Shown in pieces: positions 30,950-46,773 of a DNA stretch of 64,000 bases. The stretch comes from Candidatus Eiseniibacteriota bacterium (GTDB taxonomy: Bacteria > Eisenbacteria > RBG-16-71-46 > SZUA-252), in NCBI GenBank assembly GCA_963703225.1, contig OY969801.1, positions 512,001 through 576,000 on the forward strand. Direction: 5' to 3'. The translations under genes and the position numbers were made by a program. Numbering within the stretch: position 1 is the first letter of the stretch; every line of letters starts with the position of its first letter. The notes below the pieces were generated by a model, which saw only the letters and a list, made by a program, of their open reading frames with translations, had not been told where the DNA came from and did not search any database.

Positions 30950-32168
30950 GTGGCATTGCTCGTCCAGAAGTACGGCGGCACCTCGGTCGGCTCGCCGGAG
31001 CGGATCCACCATGTCGCCGAGCGGATCGTCCGCACTCGGCGCGCCGGGACCGACCTGATCGTCGTCGTCTCGGCGATGGCCGACACCACCGACGACCTCC
31101 TCGATCTCGCTCGAAAGGTCTCCAACCGCTCCCACCCCCGAGAACTGGACATGCTGCTCACCGCGGGCGAGCGGGTTTCCATGGCCCTCGTTGCGATGGC
31201 TGTAAACGACCGCGGGCAGGAAGCGGTCTCATTCACGGGCTCGCAGAGCGGGATTGTTACCGATACATCCCACACCCGGGCGAAGATCCTGGAAGTGAAG
31301 GCCGACCGCATCCGGGAGGAGCTGAAACGCGGGCGAGTCGTGATCGTCGCGGGGTTCCAAGGTGTGAGTCGGGAGCGGGAGGTGACGACCCTCGGGCGGG
31401 GAGGGTCGGATACGACCGCGGTCGCGCTCGCGGCGGCGCTCCATGCCGCAGGAATGCGAGATCTACACCGACGTCGACGGGGTCTACACGGCCGACCCCC
31501 GCGTCGTACCCGACGGCCCGCAAGCTCGCGGCGCTTTCCTATGACGAAATGCTGGAGCTGGCCTCGCTCGGCGCGAGGGTCCTCCATAACCGCTCGGTCG
31601 AGATCGCGCGGCGCTTCAAAGTCCCGATCCACGTCCGCTCGAGCTTCAACTGGAACGAAGGCACGCGCATTCAAAGGGGAGACTCGATGGAACAGGTGGT
31701 GATCCGCGGCATCGCGCACGATCCCGACGTGGCCAAGATCGCACTTTTGGGCGTCCCCGACCGTCCCGGAGTCGCGGCCGAGATCTTCCGGGCGATCGGC
31801 GGGGAGGGCGTGAACGTCCGGCTGATCGTGCAGGCGAGCGGATCGGACGCCAAGAACGACGTCACCTTCGCGGTTTGGCCCACGACGTGAAGGTCGTGCT
31901 CCCGATCGTGGAGGACTTGCGGAAGCGGCTGGGCGCCCGCGCCTTCGTCTACGATCCCGACGTCGCCATTCTATCCGTGGTGGGAGAGGGGCTCGCGACC
32001 TCCGCGGGAACGGCGGGTGAAGTCTTCGCGGCGCTCGCCCAGGCGGGGGTGAACATCGACATCATCAGCACCTCCTCGATCACGATCACCTGCATCGTGC
32101 GAAAGGTCGACGTGGAGCGCGCGGTTCGCTCGCTCCACGACGCTCTGCGCCTCGAGCAGGAGGCCTGA
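30950..32168 (+). CDS. lysC: Aspartate kinase (frameshifts near 31451, 31516 and 31875)
   Basis: [37 protein letters not shown] and two ACT domains. Confidence 0.93.
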
Positions 32169-32190
32169 CCCAAGGCATGGCGGACCCTCC

Positions 32191-32944
32191 ATGGAGATGC
32201 GCGAGAAGCCATCGGTCCTTCGCCGCGGCGCGGCACCACCCGACGAGCGGACGTCGGCCATCTTTATCGCGGCGTCGTGCCTCCTGCACGCGGCCTTGCT
32301 CACGTTCTTCGTGATGAAGGCCCGCCCGCCGCGCGAGATCTCCCTCCCCGCTTCGGCGGGGGCGTCTCACGCGCACGCAACTGGTTCGGCTCACGCCGCT
32401 TCGGACCTTTCCCGCCCCGGAGGCGGCTTCGCCCGCCGCCGCGGCCACCTCACGCCCCAAGCCGGCGCTCATCAAGCGCTACACGCCGGGCGCCAAGGTG
32501 GTGATCCGCACGGAGCGCGGGCCGGCCAAGCGGGGAGCCTCCGACGAGGCCAAGTCGCAGGCGCGGGAGGTCGCGCCGGCGCCGCAGGCCGATCTCACGC
32601 CGCGCTGGTGGTCCTCCGATTCCACGCGGAGCACCAGCGTTTCGACCGACGGGGATTTTCGCTGGGCCTACTACCTCGCCGCCATCCGGAACAAGATCGG
32701 CTCTCACTGGGTACCGCCACCCGGGCTCGACGCGCAGGGGCGCCAGGTCCACGCCACGCTCTATTTCCGCATCTCGAGGGACGGCCAAATTTCGGTGGCT
32801 CAGGTCGAGGCCTCCTCGGGCCTTGCCTTCTTCGACCAGACGACGATGCGGGCGCTCCTCGCCGCGACGCCGCTCCCGCCGCTTCCGGCGGGTTTTGACG
32901 ACAACTACCTGGGGGTCCACTTTGGGTTCGAATACCAGCAGTAG
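32191..32944 (+). CDS. TolA/TonB-family energy transducer (frameshifted in the linker)
   Basis: N-terminal TM with SxxxH (SCLLH) and a TonB-C domain (YYLAAIRNKI..HW, SSG...FD, PLPPLP). Lies directly before tolB. Confidence 0.8.
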
Positions 32945-34244
32945 CGCCCATCGCCGCCTGATTCCCTGGCTCTTCTTGGCCGCGTCGCTTGCCTGGCCGA
33001 CGGCCGCCGGGACGCAGACCGACGTTCGAATCGGGATCAAGGCTTCGGGCACGGTCAAATCGCCGCTCATCCTCGCGCGCTTCCGCGCCGGCGCGGGCGC
33101 CGGCGCGGCCGCCGAGGAGGCGCACGCCATTCTCCGCCGCGACCTCGACCTCTGCGGCGTGTTCGCCGTCGCGGACGCGGAGCCGCTTCACGACAAGCTC
33201 TCGCCCGATCCGGCCATGACCGGGAGCGTGCGCGTCGAAGGCCTGGTCGAGGCCGCCGGCGCGGGCGCGTTTCAGTTCACGGGGGAGGTCTTCGACCTCG
33301 GGACCGCGGAGTCGGTCTTCCGGCGGAGTTATCCATTTGCCGCCGCCGAGGCCCGGGCGACGATGCACCGGTTCAACGACGACCTGCTCGAGTCGTTGAC
33401 CGGCGAGCGGGGTATCGCCGAGACCAAGCTCGCGTTCGTCCGCCAGGACGGAAAGCTCAAGGAAATCTGGGTCGCCGATTACGACGGCCAAAACGCCCGC
33501 CAGCTCACCCACGACCGGAGCATCGCCCTTTCACCCTCCTGGGCTCCCTGGGGCACAGAGATCGTGTTCACGACCTTCAAGCGCGGGAACCCGGACCTCT
33601 ATCTATTCGACCAGACCCGGGGGGCTTCCTACCCCTTCTCGACGCGCCCGGGGCTCAACACCGCGCCCTGCTACTCGCCGGACGGGAAGTGGATCGCGTG
33701 CACGCTCTCGCGCGACGGGAATGCCGAGATCTACCTGGTCAGCCGCGACGCGCAGACGGCACGCCGCCTCACCCGCAACGAGCGAATCGACTCCTCGCCC
33801 TCGTTCAGCCCCACCGGGCGGGAGATCGTGTTCACGTCGGACCGGTCGGGCTCGCCGCAGATCTACGTCATGGACAGCGAGGGATCGAACCAGCGGCTCC
33901 TCACGCTCGAGGGGAAGTACAACGATTCACCGCAGTGGTCCCCCAAGGCGGACAAGATCGTCTACGCCTCGCGCCATGACGCGATCTTCGACGTCATCGT
34001 GATGGACGCGAACGGACAGAACTCGGTGCAGATCACCTTCGACGCGGGGCACAACGAAAACCCACGTTGGTCGGCCGACGCGCGCAAAATCTATTTCAGC
34101 TCCACGCGCTCCGGCCGACGGCAGCTCTACATCATGAACACGGATGGCAGCGACGTCGTCCAACTGACGCAAGGGGAGGACTCGTTCAACCCGGCCCCAG
34201 GGCCGAGACCCCGAAAGCGGGCTTCGCCGGCCGGTTCGGGTTGA
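32922..34244 (+). CDS. tolB: Tol-Pal beta-propeller protein TolB
   Basis: Signal peptide, LTGERGIAETKLAF, DYDG and PD40 repeats. Start placed at TTG 32922 (uncertain). Confidence 0.92.
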   Translation: MGSNTSSSAHRRLIPWLFLAASLAWPTAAGTQTDVRIGIKASGTVKSPLILARFRAGAGAGAAAEEAHAILRRDLDLCGVFAVADAEPLHDKLSPDPAMTGSVRVEGLVEAAGAGAFQFTGEVFDLGTAESVFRRSYPFAAAEARATMHRFNDDLLESLTGERGIAETKLAFVRQDGKLKEIWVADYDGQNARQLTHDRSIALSPSWAPWGTEIVFTTFKRGNPDLYLFDQTRGASYPFSTRPGLNTAPCYSPDGKWIACTLSRDGNAEIYLVSRDAQTARRLTRNERIDSSPSFSPTGREIVFTSDRSGSPQIYVMDSEGSNQRLLTLEGKYNDSPQWSPKADKIVYASRHDAIFDVIVMDANGQNSVQITFDAGHNENPRWSADARKIYFSSTRSGRRQLYIMNTDGSDVVQLTQGEDSFNPAPGPRPRKRASPAGSG

Positions 34245-34285
34245 TTTTTCCGGAATCGCTGTGCTAGCTTCCGGCTAGCCGGAAG
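34241..34285 (+). promoter_or_regulatory. Internal promoter for pal with an overlapping 18-bp perfect palindrome
   Basis: TTGATT-18-TAGCTT with an extended TG. CTTCCGGCTAGCCGGAAG at 34268-34285. Confidence 0.5.
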
Positions 34286-34327
34286 TCGTTGTCGCCCAAA
34301 CAACTGAACCGAATGGGGGATTATCTT

Positions 34328-34849
34328 ATGAGCCGATCGCCAAGGATTGCGATGCTCGCACTCGCGGTCATTCTTGCCGCCGCCCTCGCGGCCCTGGGAT
34401 GCGCTTCGAGAAAGCAAGTCACCACGGCCACGCCCGAGGCGCCGCCGTCGACGCCGGCCGAGACCCAGGCGCCACCGCCGCCTCCTCCGCCGTCCGGCGC
34501 GGAGACGACCGAGCCTCAAACGTCGCTCCAGGACGCGTTTTTTGACTTTGATGAAGCGTCGCTCCGCGCGGACGCCAAGTCGGCTCTCGAAAACAACGCG
34601 CGGCACCTCGAACGGAACGGGAACATGAGAGCGATCGTCGAGGGACATTGCGATGAGCGCGGCTCGGTGGAGTACAACCTGGCGCTCGGCGAGCGCCGCG
34701 CCAAGGCCGCGAAGGACTTTCTCGTGAGCTACGGCATTGCCTCCGGCCGGCTCACCACCATTTCATACGGCAAGGAGCGGCCGTTCGATTCCGGCCACGA
34801 CGAGTCCGCATGGGCCAAGAACCGCCGCGCCCACTTCGTGGCGAAGTGA
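34328..34849 (+). CDS. pal: Peptidoglycan-associated lipoprotein
   Basis: Lipobox ALG-C, FFDFD, EGHCDERGS.EYNLALGERRA, SYGKERP and NRRA. Confidence 0.96.
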   Translation: MSRSPRIAMLALAVILAAALAALGCASRKQVTTATPEAPPSTPAETQAPPPPPPPSGAETTEPQTSLQDAFFDFDEASLRADAKSALENNARHLERNGNMRAIVEGHCDERGSVEYNLALGERRAKAAKDFLVSYGIASGRLTTISYGKERPFDSGHDESAWAKNRRAHFVAK

Positions 34850-35616
34850 CCGGAAGGCACCCACACCTCCTCGCCGCCGCGGCGCTCGAAGGCGCCCTCA
34901 TGCTGGTGGTGGCGGGCTGCGCGCCTGGCGGCTACTACAACACCAGCCAGTCGGCGCTCGACAGCCTGCTGACGACGCAGGGCGAGATGATGAAGCGGGT
35001 CACCGCGCTCGAGCGGAAGGTGGACGCCAATCGCGAGGCGCAGCAGGCCACCCGGGCCAATACCGACGCCCGGCTGCTCGAGATCTCGCAGCGGTTGGAC
35101 GTGCTGGGGGGGCAGCTCGAGGATTCGGGCGTCCGCTTCACCGCGCTCTCGCAGAAGGTCGATACCGTCAAGTACAAGCTCACCGCGGCCGACAGCGCGC
35201 GGGCGGCTTCGGGCTACGCGGCGCGGGACACCACCGGGTCGGTCGATCCCGAGGCGATGTATCAGGCCGCGTACTCGGACGTGGCCGCTGGCCGCTACAG
35301 CCTGGCGCGCGAGTCGTTTCAGACCTACTTGAAGCAGTTCCCGGACACGGAAGTGGCGGACAACGCCCAGTACTGGATCGGGGAGTGCAACTACGTGACG
35401 GGAGATTTCGCGGGCGCGATCGCCGAGTTTCAGAAGGTGGTGCAGAACTATCCGAAGGGTGACAAAGTCCCCGCGGCGCTCCTCAAGATCGGGATTTCGT
35501 ATTCGCGGTTGAAAAATACCGAAGAGGCGAACAAGTACTACCGGACGCTGATTCAAAAATATCCGAAGAGCCCCGAGGCCGCCGCGGCCAAGGAGCGGCT
35601 CCCGAAGAAGCCTTAG
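34846..35616 (+). CDS. cpoB: Tol-Pal system protein YbgF/CpoB
   Basis: Lipobox VAG-C, coiled coil and TPR (NAQYWIGE, KVPAALLK). Follows pal. Confidence 0.92.
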   Translation: MTGRHPHLLAAAALEGALMLVVAGCAPGGYYNTSQSALDSLLTTQGEMMKRVTALERKVDANREAQQATRANTDARLLEISQRLDVLGGQLEDSGVRFTALSQKVDTVKYKLTAADSARAASGYAARDTTGSVDPEAMYQAAYSDVAAGRYSLARESFQTYLKQFPDTEVADNAQYWIGECNYVTGDFAGAIAEFQKVVQNYPKGDKVPAALLKIGISYSRLKNTEEANKYYRTLIQKYPKSPEAAAAKERLPKKP

Positions 35617-35635
35617 CTCTCGACCGCGTATCCGC

Positions 35636-36385
35636 TCAGCCGGCGGGTTTGCGCGCCGAGAGCGTCAGGACGTGGCCGCCCCGCGATTTCTTGGAGTGCC
35701 ACTTCGCGGTATCCAAACCCAGCCGCCGCGTGATCGTCCGGCCAAAGGGCAGAAACCACCATCCGACGATCGGGTTGTGCGCCACGAATTCCATCGAGCT
35801 GATTCCCGCGGCCTGGGCGAGCGCGCGAAACCGCGCCTCGTTCAGGTCGTCCTCGTAGCCGAAGATCCACTTCCCCCTCCACTGCGCGAGCTTCTTTCCG
35901 ACGATGAAGGGAAGATCCATCGCGTTCGGCACCGCGATGATGAGGAGGCCGCCGGGCTTGGTCACGCGCCACATTTCTCGGATGAGCGAGGTTTTTCCCT
36001 CGTCGCTGAAGTGCTCAATGACCCCGCCGTTCCAGACGACGTCGAACGTCCCGTCCCGAAATCCCATCTGAATGCCGTCCATGCGCCAGAAGTCGGCGGC
36101 GAGGTGGAGCTGGGCGAAGTGCTCCCGGGCCGTGGCGAGCGCCTTCGGCGAGAGGTCGACCAGCGTGACCCGTGCCCCGAGCCCGGCGAGGACGGCGCTG
36201 GTGGTGCCCGACCCGCAGCCCACCTCGCAGGTGGACCGCCCACTCGGCGGCCCGATCAGATCCAGCAGGTGCTCCTGATAGGCGCGGTAGTCGGGGGCCG
36301 AAAGATCGATCCCGGCGTAGGTCTCCGCCACGCGGTCCCAGATCTGGACCAAATCCGGCTGCTGGTACGACCCTGAGCCTGGCAT
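35636..36385 (-). CDS. Class I SAM-dependent methyltransferase
   Basis: [23 protein letters not shown] and KPGG. Start at ATG 36385; the longer called ORF is an antisense shadow of clpB. Confidence 0.88.
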   Translation of the reverse strand: MPGSGSYQQPDLVQIWDRVAETYAGIDLSAPDYRAYQEHLLDLIGPPSGRSTCEVGCGSGTTSAVLAGLGARVTLVDLSPKALATAREHFAQLHLAADFWRMDGIQMGFRDGTFDVVWNGGVIEHFSDEGKTSLIREMWRVTKPGGLLIIAVPNAMDLPFIVGKKLAQWRGKWIFGYEDDLNEARFRALAQAAGISSMEFVAHNPIVGWWFLPFGRTITRRLGLDTAKWHSKKSRGGHVLTLSARKPAG

Positions 36386-36421
36386 GAGAAGGGGCGCATT
36401 CTCCCACGCGGGGGGATCGCC

Positions 36422-36450
36422 TTCAAGGCGGGCGGCGCCCCTGATATAAT
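36422..36450 (+). promoter_or_regulatory. Extended -10 sigma70 promoter for clpB
   Basis: TTCAAG-17-TATAAT with TGn before the -10. Confidence 0.6.
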
Positions 36451-36496
36451 CGTCCGGCCAACGACCCACACCCCGCTCCCCACTTGGATTCGATCG

Positions 36497-39128
<2,632 letters not shown>

Positions 39129-39240
39129 CTTTCCCGCTTGACGCTTCGCGCGGCCGGACGGTAGCGTGGCGAGTCTCGTTTCCCTTGTGATGCTCCAGCC
39201 GCCCAATCCAGCGACACGCCCACGGCAATTCGGGGAGCTC

Positions 39241-39705
39241 ATGCACCTGTCCGAGCTGCTCAACGACAAAGCCGTCAGCCTCTCCCTCGCCGCCCGAGAC
39301 AAGGAATCCTGCATCAAGGAGCTGGTCCAGCTCCTGGAAGCCGCCCACGGCGTGAACACGCGCGGCGAGATCCTGAGCAAGGTGCTCCAGCGCGAATCGA
39401 TGATGTCGACCGGGATCGGGAACGGCGTCGCGATCCCTCACGGAAAGACCCGCCTCCTCGATCACCTGGTCGCGGCGTGCGGCGTCTCTCCGGCCGGGAT
39501 CGAGTTCGACTCCATGGACGGCGAGCCGGCCACCCTCTTCATCCTCCTGGTCTCGCCGGAGAGCCTCCGCGGCCCCCACGTGAAGGCGCTGGCCAATGTC
39601 TCGAGGCTTTTAAAGGAAGAGACGGTCCGCGCATCCCTCCGCCAGAGCGCCACGCCGGAGGACTTTCTCGCTTGCCTTCGGGACGCCGAGGGGCGATACC
39701 TCTAG
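39241..39705 (+). CDS. PTS EIIA (Fru/Ntr type)
   Basis: RES..STGIGNGVAIPHG, containing the phospho-His. Confidence 0.92.
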   Translation: MHLSELLNDKAVSLSLAARDKESCIKELVQLLEAAHGVNTRGEILSKVLQRESMMSTGIGNGVAIPHGKTRLLDHLVAACGVSPAGIEFDSMDGEPATLFILLVSPESLRGPHVKALANVSRLLKEETVRASLRQSATPEDFLACLRDAEGRYL

Positions 39706-39765
39706 GAACCCCCCTCTCAGGCAGGAACCCCCCGGTTGACGCGGGCCAAGCCCGCTTGGTACCTT
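39704..39765 (+). promoter_or_regulatory. Promoter with an upstream 11-bp direct repeat
   Basis: AGGAACCCCCC at 39704 and 39723, followed by TTGACG-18-TACCTT. Confidence 0.45.
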
Positions 39766-39812
39766 TCTCGCACACTGCTGCCGTGTCCCCCAGAAAGGAG
39801 CAACTCCCTTTT

Positions 39813-41175
39813 ATGAAGTGGAATCGAGGGTTATGGGCGGGGGCCTGCCTTTTCCTGTTCCTCTCAGGGTGCTCGAGACAACGACGACAAGAAGGTCAGC
39901 GGCGCGGGAGCCTACTCTCCCATCATCACGGGCGTCGCGGCCGACAATGAGCCCGCGGTCCGCGGCGAGGCAAACGCGTTCACGGCCCTCGTCACGAACG
40001 TGAATGGCTACCCGGTTACCTACCACTGGAGCGCGGGCGCGGGGATCCTCACCGACTCGACGGGGGAGACAGCGAGCTGGACGGCCTCGGAGCTCGTCGG
40101 CACCAATTTGGTGCCCCTTGCGATCGGCACCTATCCGGTGACCCTTTCGATCACGGCGCACGATGCCGCCTCCAACAAGGACTTCTTCCAGAAGACGACG
40201 TTCCAGATTTTCACCGACAACGAATTCACGCGGTGGACGACGAGCCCGGAGGTCCAGTTCGATCCCGACCCCATGCCCTCGGGCGGCGTGATCTTCGCGC
40301 AGATGCGGGATGCGACGACCGGCGCGGCCGATGTCTACAGCAGCACCGCCCCCGGCTTCTCCCCGACCCAGCTCACGACCGGCTTCGCCACGCTCACGTC
40401 GCCCACGATGCGCGCCGACGGGCTGCAGTTCGCGTTCGCGGGGAAGGGATCGTCGTCCGAGGCCGGCCCGTCGATCTGGCTGCTCCCGGCCCCCGCCGGC
40501 GGGGATCCCTCGACGGCCGTCCTTGCCGTGCAGAACAATTCGGACCAAAAGGGGCTCTGGGCCCCGCGCTTCGCGCGGGCCGGCAACTGGCTGCTCTACA
40601 ATTCCGACTCCGGCTCTTCACCCAATCCCCGGCCCTGGTTCCGAGACGCGTTCGATCTGGGCGCCCACCCAGAGCGCGTGATCGCCCTTGGCGTGTTCCT
40701 CAATGCGAGTGCGTTCTACCAGCCGGCCTGGGGCGCTGACACGGACGGCAACGGGCTGCCCGATTCCGTCGTCTGCCCGGCCTTTGGCTTTTTCGGATTC
40801 TCAAATCAACAGGCGCGCGGGATCTACAAGTTCCCGACCCGGCCGGAGCAAACGACCGCGACCCAGTGGTTGGCCGACAGCGCCGCCACCGAGCTCGATT
40901 GGTCGCCCGACGGCCAGCACGTCGTCTACGCGAAGCGAAACCCCTCGGTCGGCGACAGGGACATCTGGATCATCAACGCGGCCTCCATGAACCCGGCCAC
41001 GGCCACGCGGGTGACCTTCGGGCCCGCGGACGATTCCCATCCGAGGTTTTCCCCGGACAACAAGACCATTTTCTTCGTCTCGAATCGCGCGAATCACTAC
41101 GGGTTGAACGGGATCTACAACACCGAGCGGCGGGGAACCAATATCTGGAGCGTCGCCGGGTTTGACAGCCCCTAG
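39813..41175 (+). CDS. Lipoprotein with an Ig/PKD-like domain and a PD40 (TolB-like) propeller (frameshift near 39876)
   Basis: SD AAAGGAG, lipobox LSG-C, VTYHWSA, WSPDG and PRFSPD. Confidence 0.8.
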
Positions 41176-41611
41176 TACCGAGTCCGGAGGGCCCGGCCCG
41201 AGAGGCTGGGCCCTTTTTCTGCGCTATTGGCTTCCCGTCCTCGTCTACATCGCGCTCATCTTCTCGGGCTCCTCGGTCAAAGGAGCCGACCTGCCGAGCC
41301 TCTACCCGTACATGGACAAGATCGCGCACTTGTTGGAGTATTCGCTGCTCGGGCTTTTGCTGGGCCGCGCGGTTCGCGCCACCATGGCCGGATGGAGCAC
41401 GGTCATCCTCACGTTTGTGACGGTCGGGTGCGGGGGGATGATCGGTCTGGTGGACGAGCTCTATCAGCGGTCCGTGCCAGGACGCCAGAGCGATCCGCTC
41501 GACTGGCTGACCGACGTGACGGCGATCGCGGCTGCGATCCTCCTCGCGCAGGTGCTCCACTTACGTCCGCTGAGCGGCGGCGGGCCGTCACCCAAAGACT
41601 CAAGCCGCTAG
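41162..41611 (+). CDS. VanZ-family membrane protein
   Basis: FLRYWLP, DKIAHLLEY, DELYQ..VPGR and DWL.D. Start uncertain. Confidence 0.85.
   Translation: MTAPSTESGGPGPRGWALFLRYWLPVLVYIALIFSGSSVKGADLPSLYPYMDKIAHLLEYSLLGLLLGRAVRATMAGWSTVILTFVTVGCGGMIGLVDELYQRSVPGRQSDPLDWLTDVTAIAAAILLAQVLHLRPLSGGGPSPKDSSR
41188..41218 (+). terminator. Intrinsic terminator-like hairpin
   Basis: AGGGCCCGGCC-cgaga-GGCTGGGCCCT followed by TTTT, 12 nt after the lipoprotein stop. Confidence 0.6.
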
Positions 41612-41623
41612 GGAGAGCCGGCG

Positions 41624-42925
41624 TTGGCGAGCAAGTTTCAGGTACCCCGAGGCACCCGCGACATCCTCCCGGGAGAGAGCGAGCGCTGGGACTGGCTCGA
41701 GTCGCGCACGCGCGACATCCTGAGCCGGTACGGATACCGGGAGGTGCGGACGCCGATGTTCGAGGCGACCGACCTCTTCGTGCGAAGCGTCGGCGAAGCG
41801 ACCGACATCGTCCGCAAGGAGCTCTACACCTTTCGAGGATCGGAAGGGTCGCTCGCTGACGCTCCGTCCGGAAGGGACCGCGCCGCTCGTCCGGGCCTAT
41901 CTGGAGCACTCCCTGGGACACGCCGATCCGACGACCCGGCTCTACTACATCGGGCCGATGTTCCGGTACGAACGCCCGCAGGCGGGGCGCTACCGGCAGT
42001 TCTGGCAGATCGGGGCGGAGCTTCTGGGCCCTCCGGCGCCGGCGGCCGACGCCGAGATGATCGACCTCTTCGTCTCGATCCTGCGCGGGGCGGGGCTACA
42101 CGGGATTTCCGTGCACGTGAACTCGCTGGGAGACGATGTCTGCCGGCCGGTCTATCGGGAGAGCCTCCGGGCGTACTTCACCGCGAACGTGGATCGTCTC
42201 TGTGAGGACTGCCGCGAGCGCCTGAAGACGAACCCGCTTCGCATCCTCGACTGCAAGGTTCCCTCGTGTCAGCCGGTCATCGCGGGCGCCCCCAGCGTGC
42301 TCGATTCGCTTTGCGACCCGTGCCGGCAGCACTTCGATGGCGTCAAGGCCGCGCTCGACGCGCTCGGCCTGGCGCACACGGAGGTGCCCCGCCTGGTGCG
42401 CGGGCTCGATTACTACACGCGCACCGTATTCGAAGCCTACGCCGAGGGGATCGGCGCCCAGAACGCCGTCGGCGGCGGCGGACGCTACGATCAGCTGGTG
42501 CGCGACTTTGGCGGGCCGGCCACGCCGTCGATCGGTTTCTCGATCGGCATGGAGCGTCTCCTGATGTCCACCGGCGGGTTGGAGCAGGAATCCGTGCTCA
42601 AGCCCGACGTCTGCATCGTGGCCCAGGAGCCCGAGGCCGCGCTGAGCGCGCTCCGATTGGCGCGCGCGCTCCGCGGGCTCGACGACCGCGAGCCCTCGTC
42701 TGCGCTTCGCGTGATGGTGGATCTCAACGGGCGGAGCGCGTCGGCGCAAATGAAATGGGCATCCAAGATCCAGGGCCGATTCGTGGTGTTCGTTCCGCCC
42801 GACTCGGGCGGCTACGCCATCCGCGACATGGAGGCCGGGAAGGACGAAGAGCGGCAGAAGACTCCCGAATCGCTCCGGCAGTGGCTTCTGGAGAGGCGCG
42901 CCTCCGCGGCCTCGGTGGGGGCGCG

Positions 42926-42929
<4 letters not shown>
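41624..42929 (+). CDS. hisS: Histidine-tRNA ligase (frameshift near 41834)
   Basis: PRGTRD, DIVRKELY, LRPEGTA, MFRYERPQAGRYRQF, RGLDYY and GGGRYD. Confidence 0.95.
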
Positions 42930-44719
<1,790 letters not shown>

Positions 44720-44855
44720 TCCGGCCGCCCGCGGAGGCGACCTCGGGTCCGACGGACGCGGCGGGGGCGGCCCTGCCTGGTACCCTTTCTGCAGTGAAAG
44801 GGGCGGGCAGCTCCCCGGCTATTGACTTCAGCGCCCCCAATGCTACGGTCGGAGG

Positions 44856-45236
44856 GTGGCCCGGGTGCCCCCAGCGAGGGTCCAAGAGCCTCCTAATTTG
44901 ATAGGATTAAATAGGTTAGCTTCTAATCAGATCAGCGCTCCAGCGGCGCCGCGGGCGGGCAAAGCAGGGCGGCCTGGGTCTTGTCGGGCGGCCCAGATCT
45001 GGCCGGCCCTGGTGCTCGGCTTCATGGCGGCCGGCTGCGGGGGGGCGACCGTTCCCTGTCCAACCCCAACAGCCGAGCTGGATCGGCTCCGGGCCGAATC
45101 GACCCAGGTCGAGCAGGAGCTCGACCGCGCGACCCAGGAGGAGCGGGAGAGTCGAACGGTGCTGAGCGACGCGGCCCAGCGGGTCCAGTCGGCGCAAGCG
45201 GCGCTCGATTCGCTCGCGGGGACGAACGCTCGATGA
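44856..45236 (+). CDS. Small coiled-coil lipoprotein
   Basis: Lipobox AAG-C followed by a heptad region. ATGA overlap with the next gene. Start uncertain. Confidence 0.6.
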   Translation: MARVPPARVQEPPNLIGLNRLASNQISAPAAPRAGKAGRPGSCRAAQIWPALVLGFMAAGCGGATVPCPTPTAELDRLRAESTQVEQELDRATQEERESRTVLSDAAQRVQSAQAALDSLAGTNAR

Positions 45237-45770
45237 GGCTCAGGCATGCGGTCTGGGCGGCGTCGATGCTCCTCATCGGGAGTGGCTGCGGCAAACCGGT
45301 GCTTCGCCTGGCCGACGCCTCCCTGGGGGACTACTACACGGAGAAGGAGTACAAGAAGCTGAGCAAGGAGCAGCGCGAAGAATATTGCCAGGAGCTCGCG
45401 AATCAGCGCGAGAACTATGAAGCCGAGATCGCCGACGCCAGGGAAGCGCTCGACGCGATCCAGCGAAGCACCTCGGCCCGGCGCGCGGAGAGCGACTCGC
45501 TCCGGGCGCTGGCGGCGCGGCTCGAGGAGCGCGTCGGGGCCGAGCGGTCGGGGGGGGAACGCCGCGCGGCGAGATTCCGGGCGCGCCGACACCGGCACCC
45601 TCGAAGACCGGGAGCTACGTCGTGAAGCAGGGGGATTCCCTCTGGCGGATCAGCGGCCGCGCCGAAACTCTGGGCCGGTCCGCCGAATGGGCCCGCCTCT
45701 ACCAGGCGAACCGAGATCGAATCGCCGATCCCGATCGCATCTACCCAGGACAGGAGATCCAGATACCTCG

Positions 45771-45774
<4 letters not shown>
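45233..45774 (+). CDS. LysM-domain lipoprotein (frameshift near 45575-45600)
   Basis: Lipobox GSG-C, coiled coil, then YVVKQGDSLWRIS...LYQANRD.I.DPD.IYPGQ. Confidence 0.85.
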
Positions 45775-46762
<988 letters not shown>

Positions 46763-46773
<11 letters not shown>

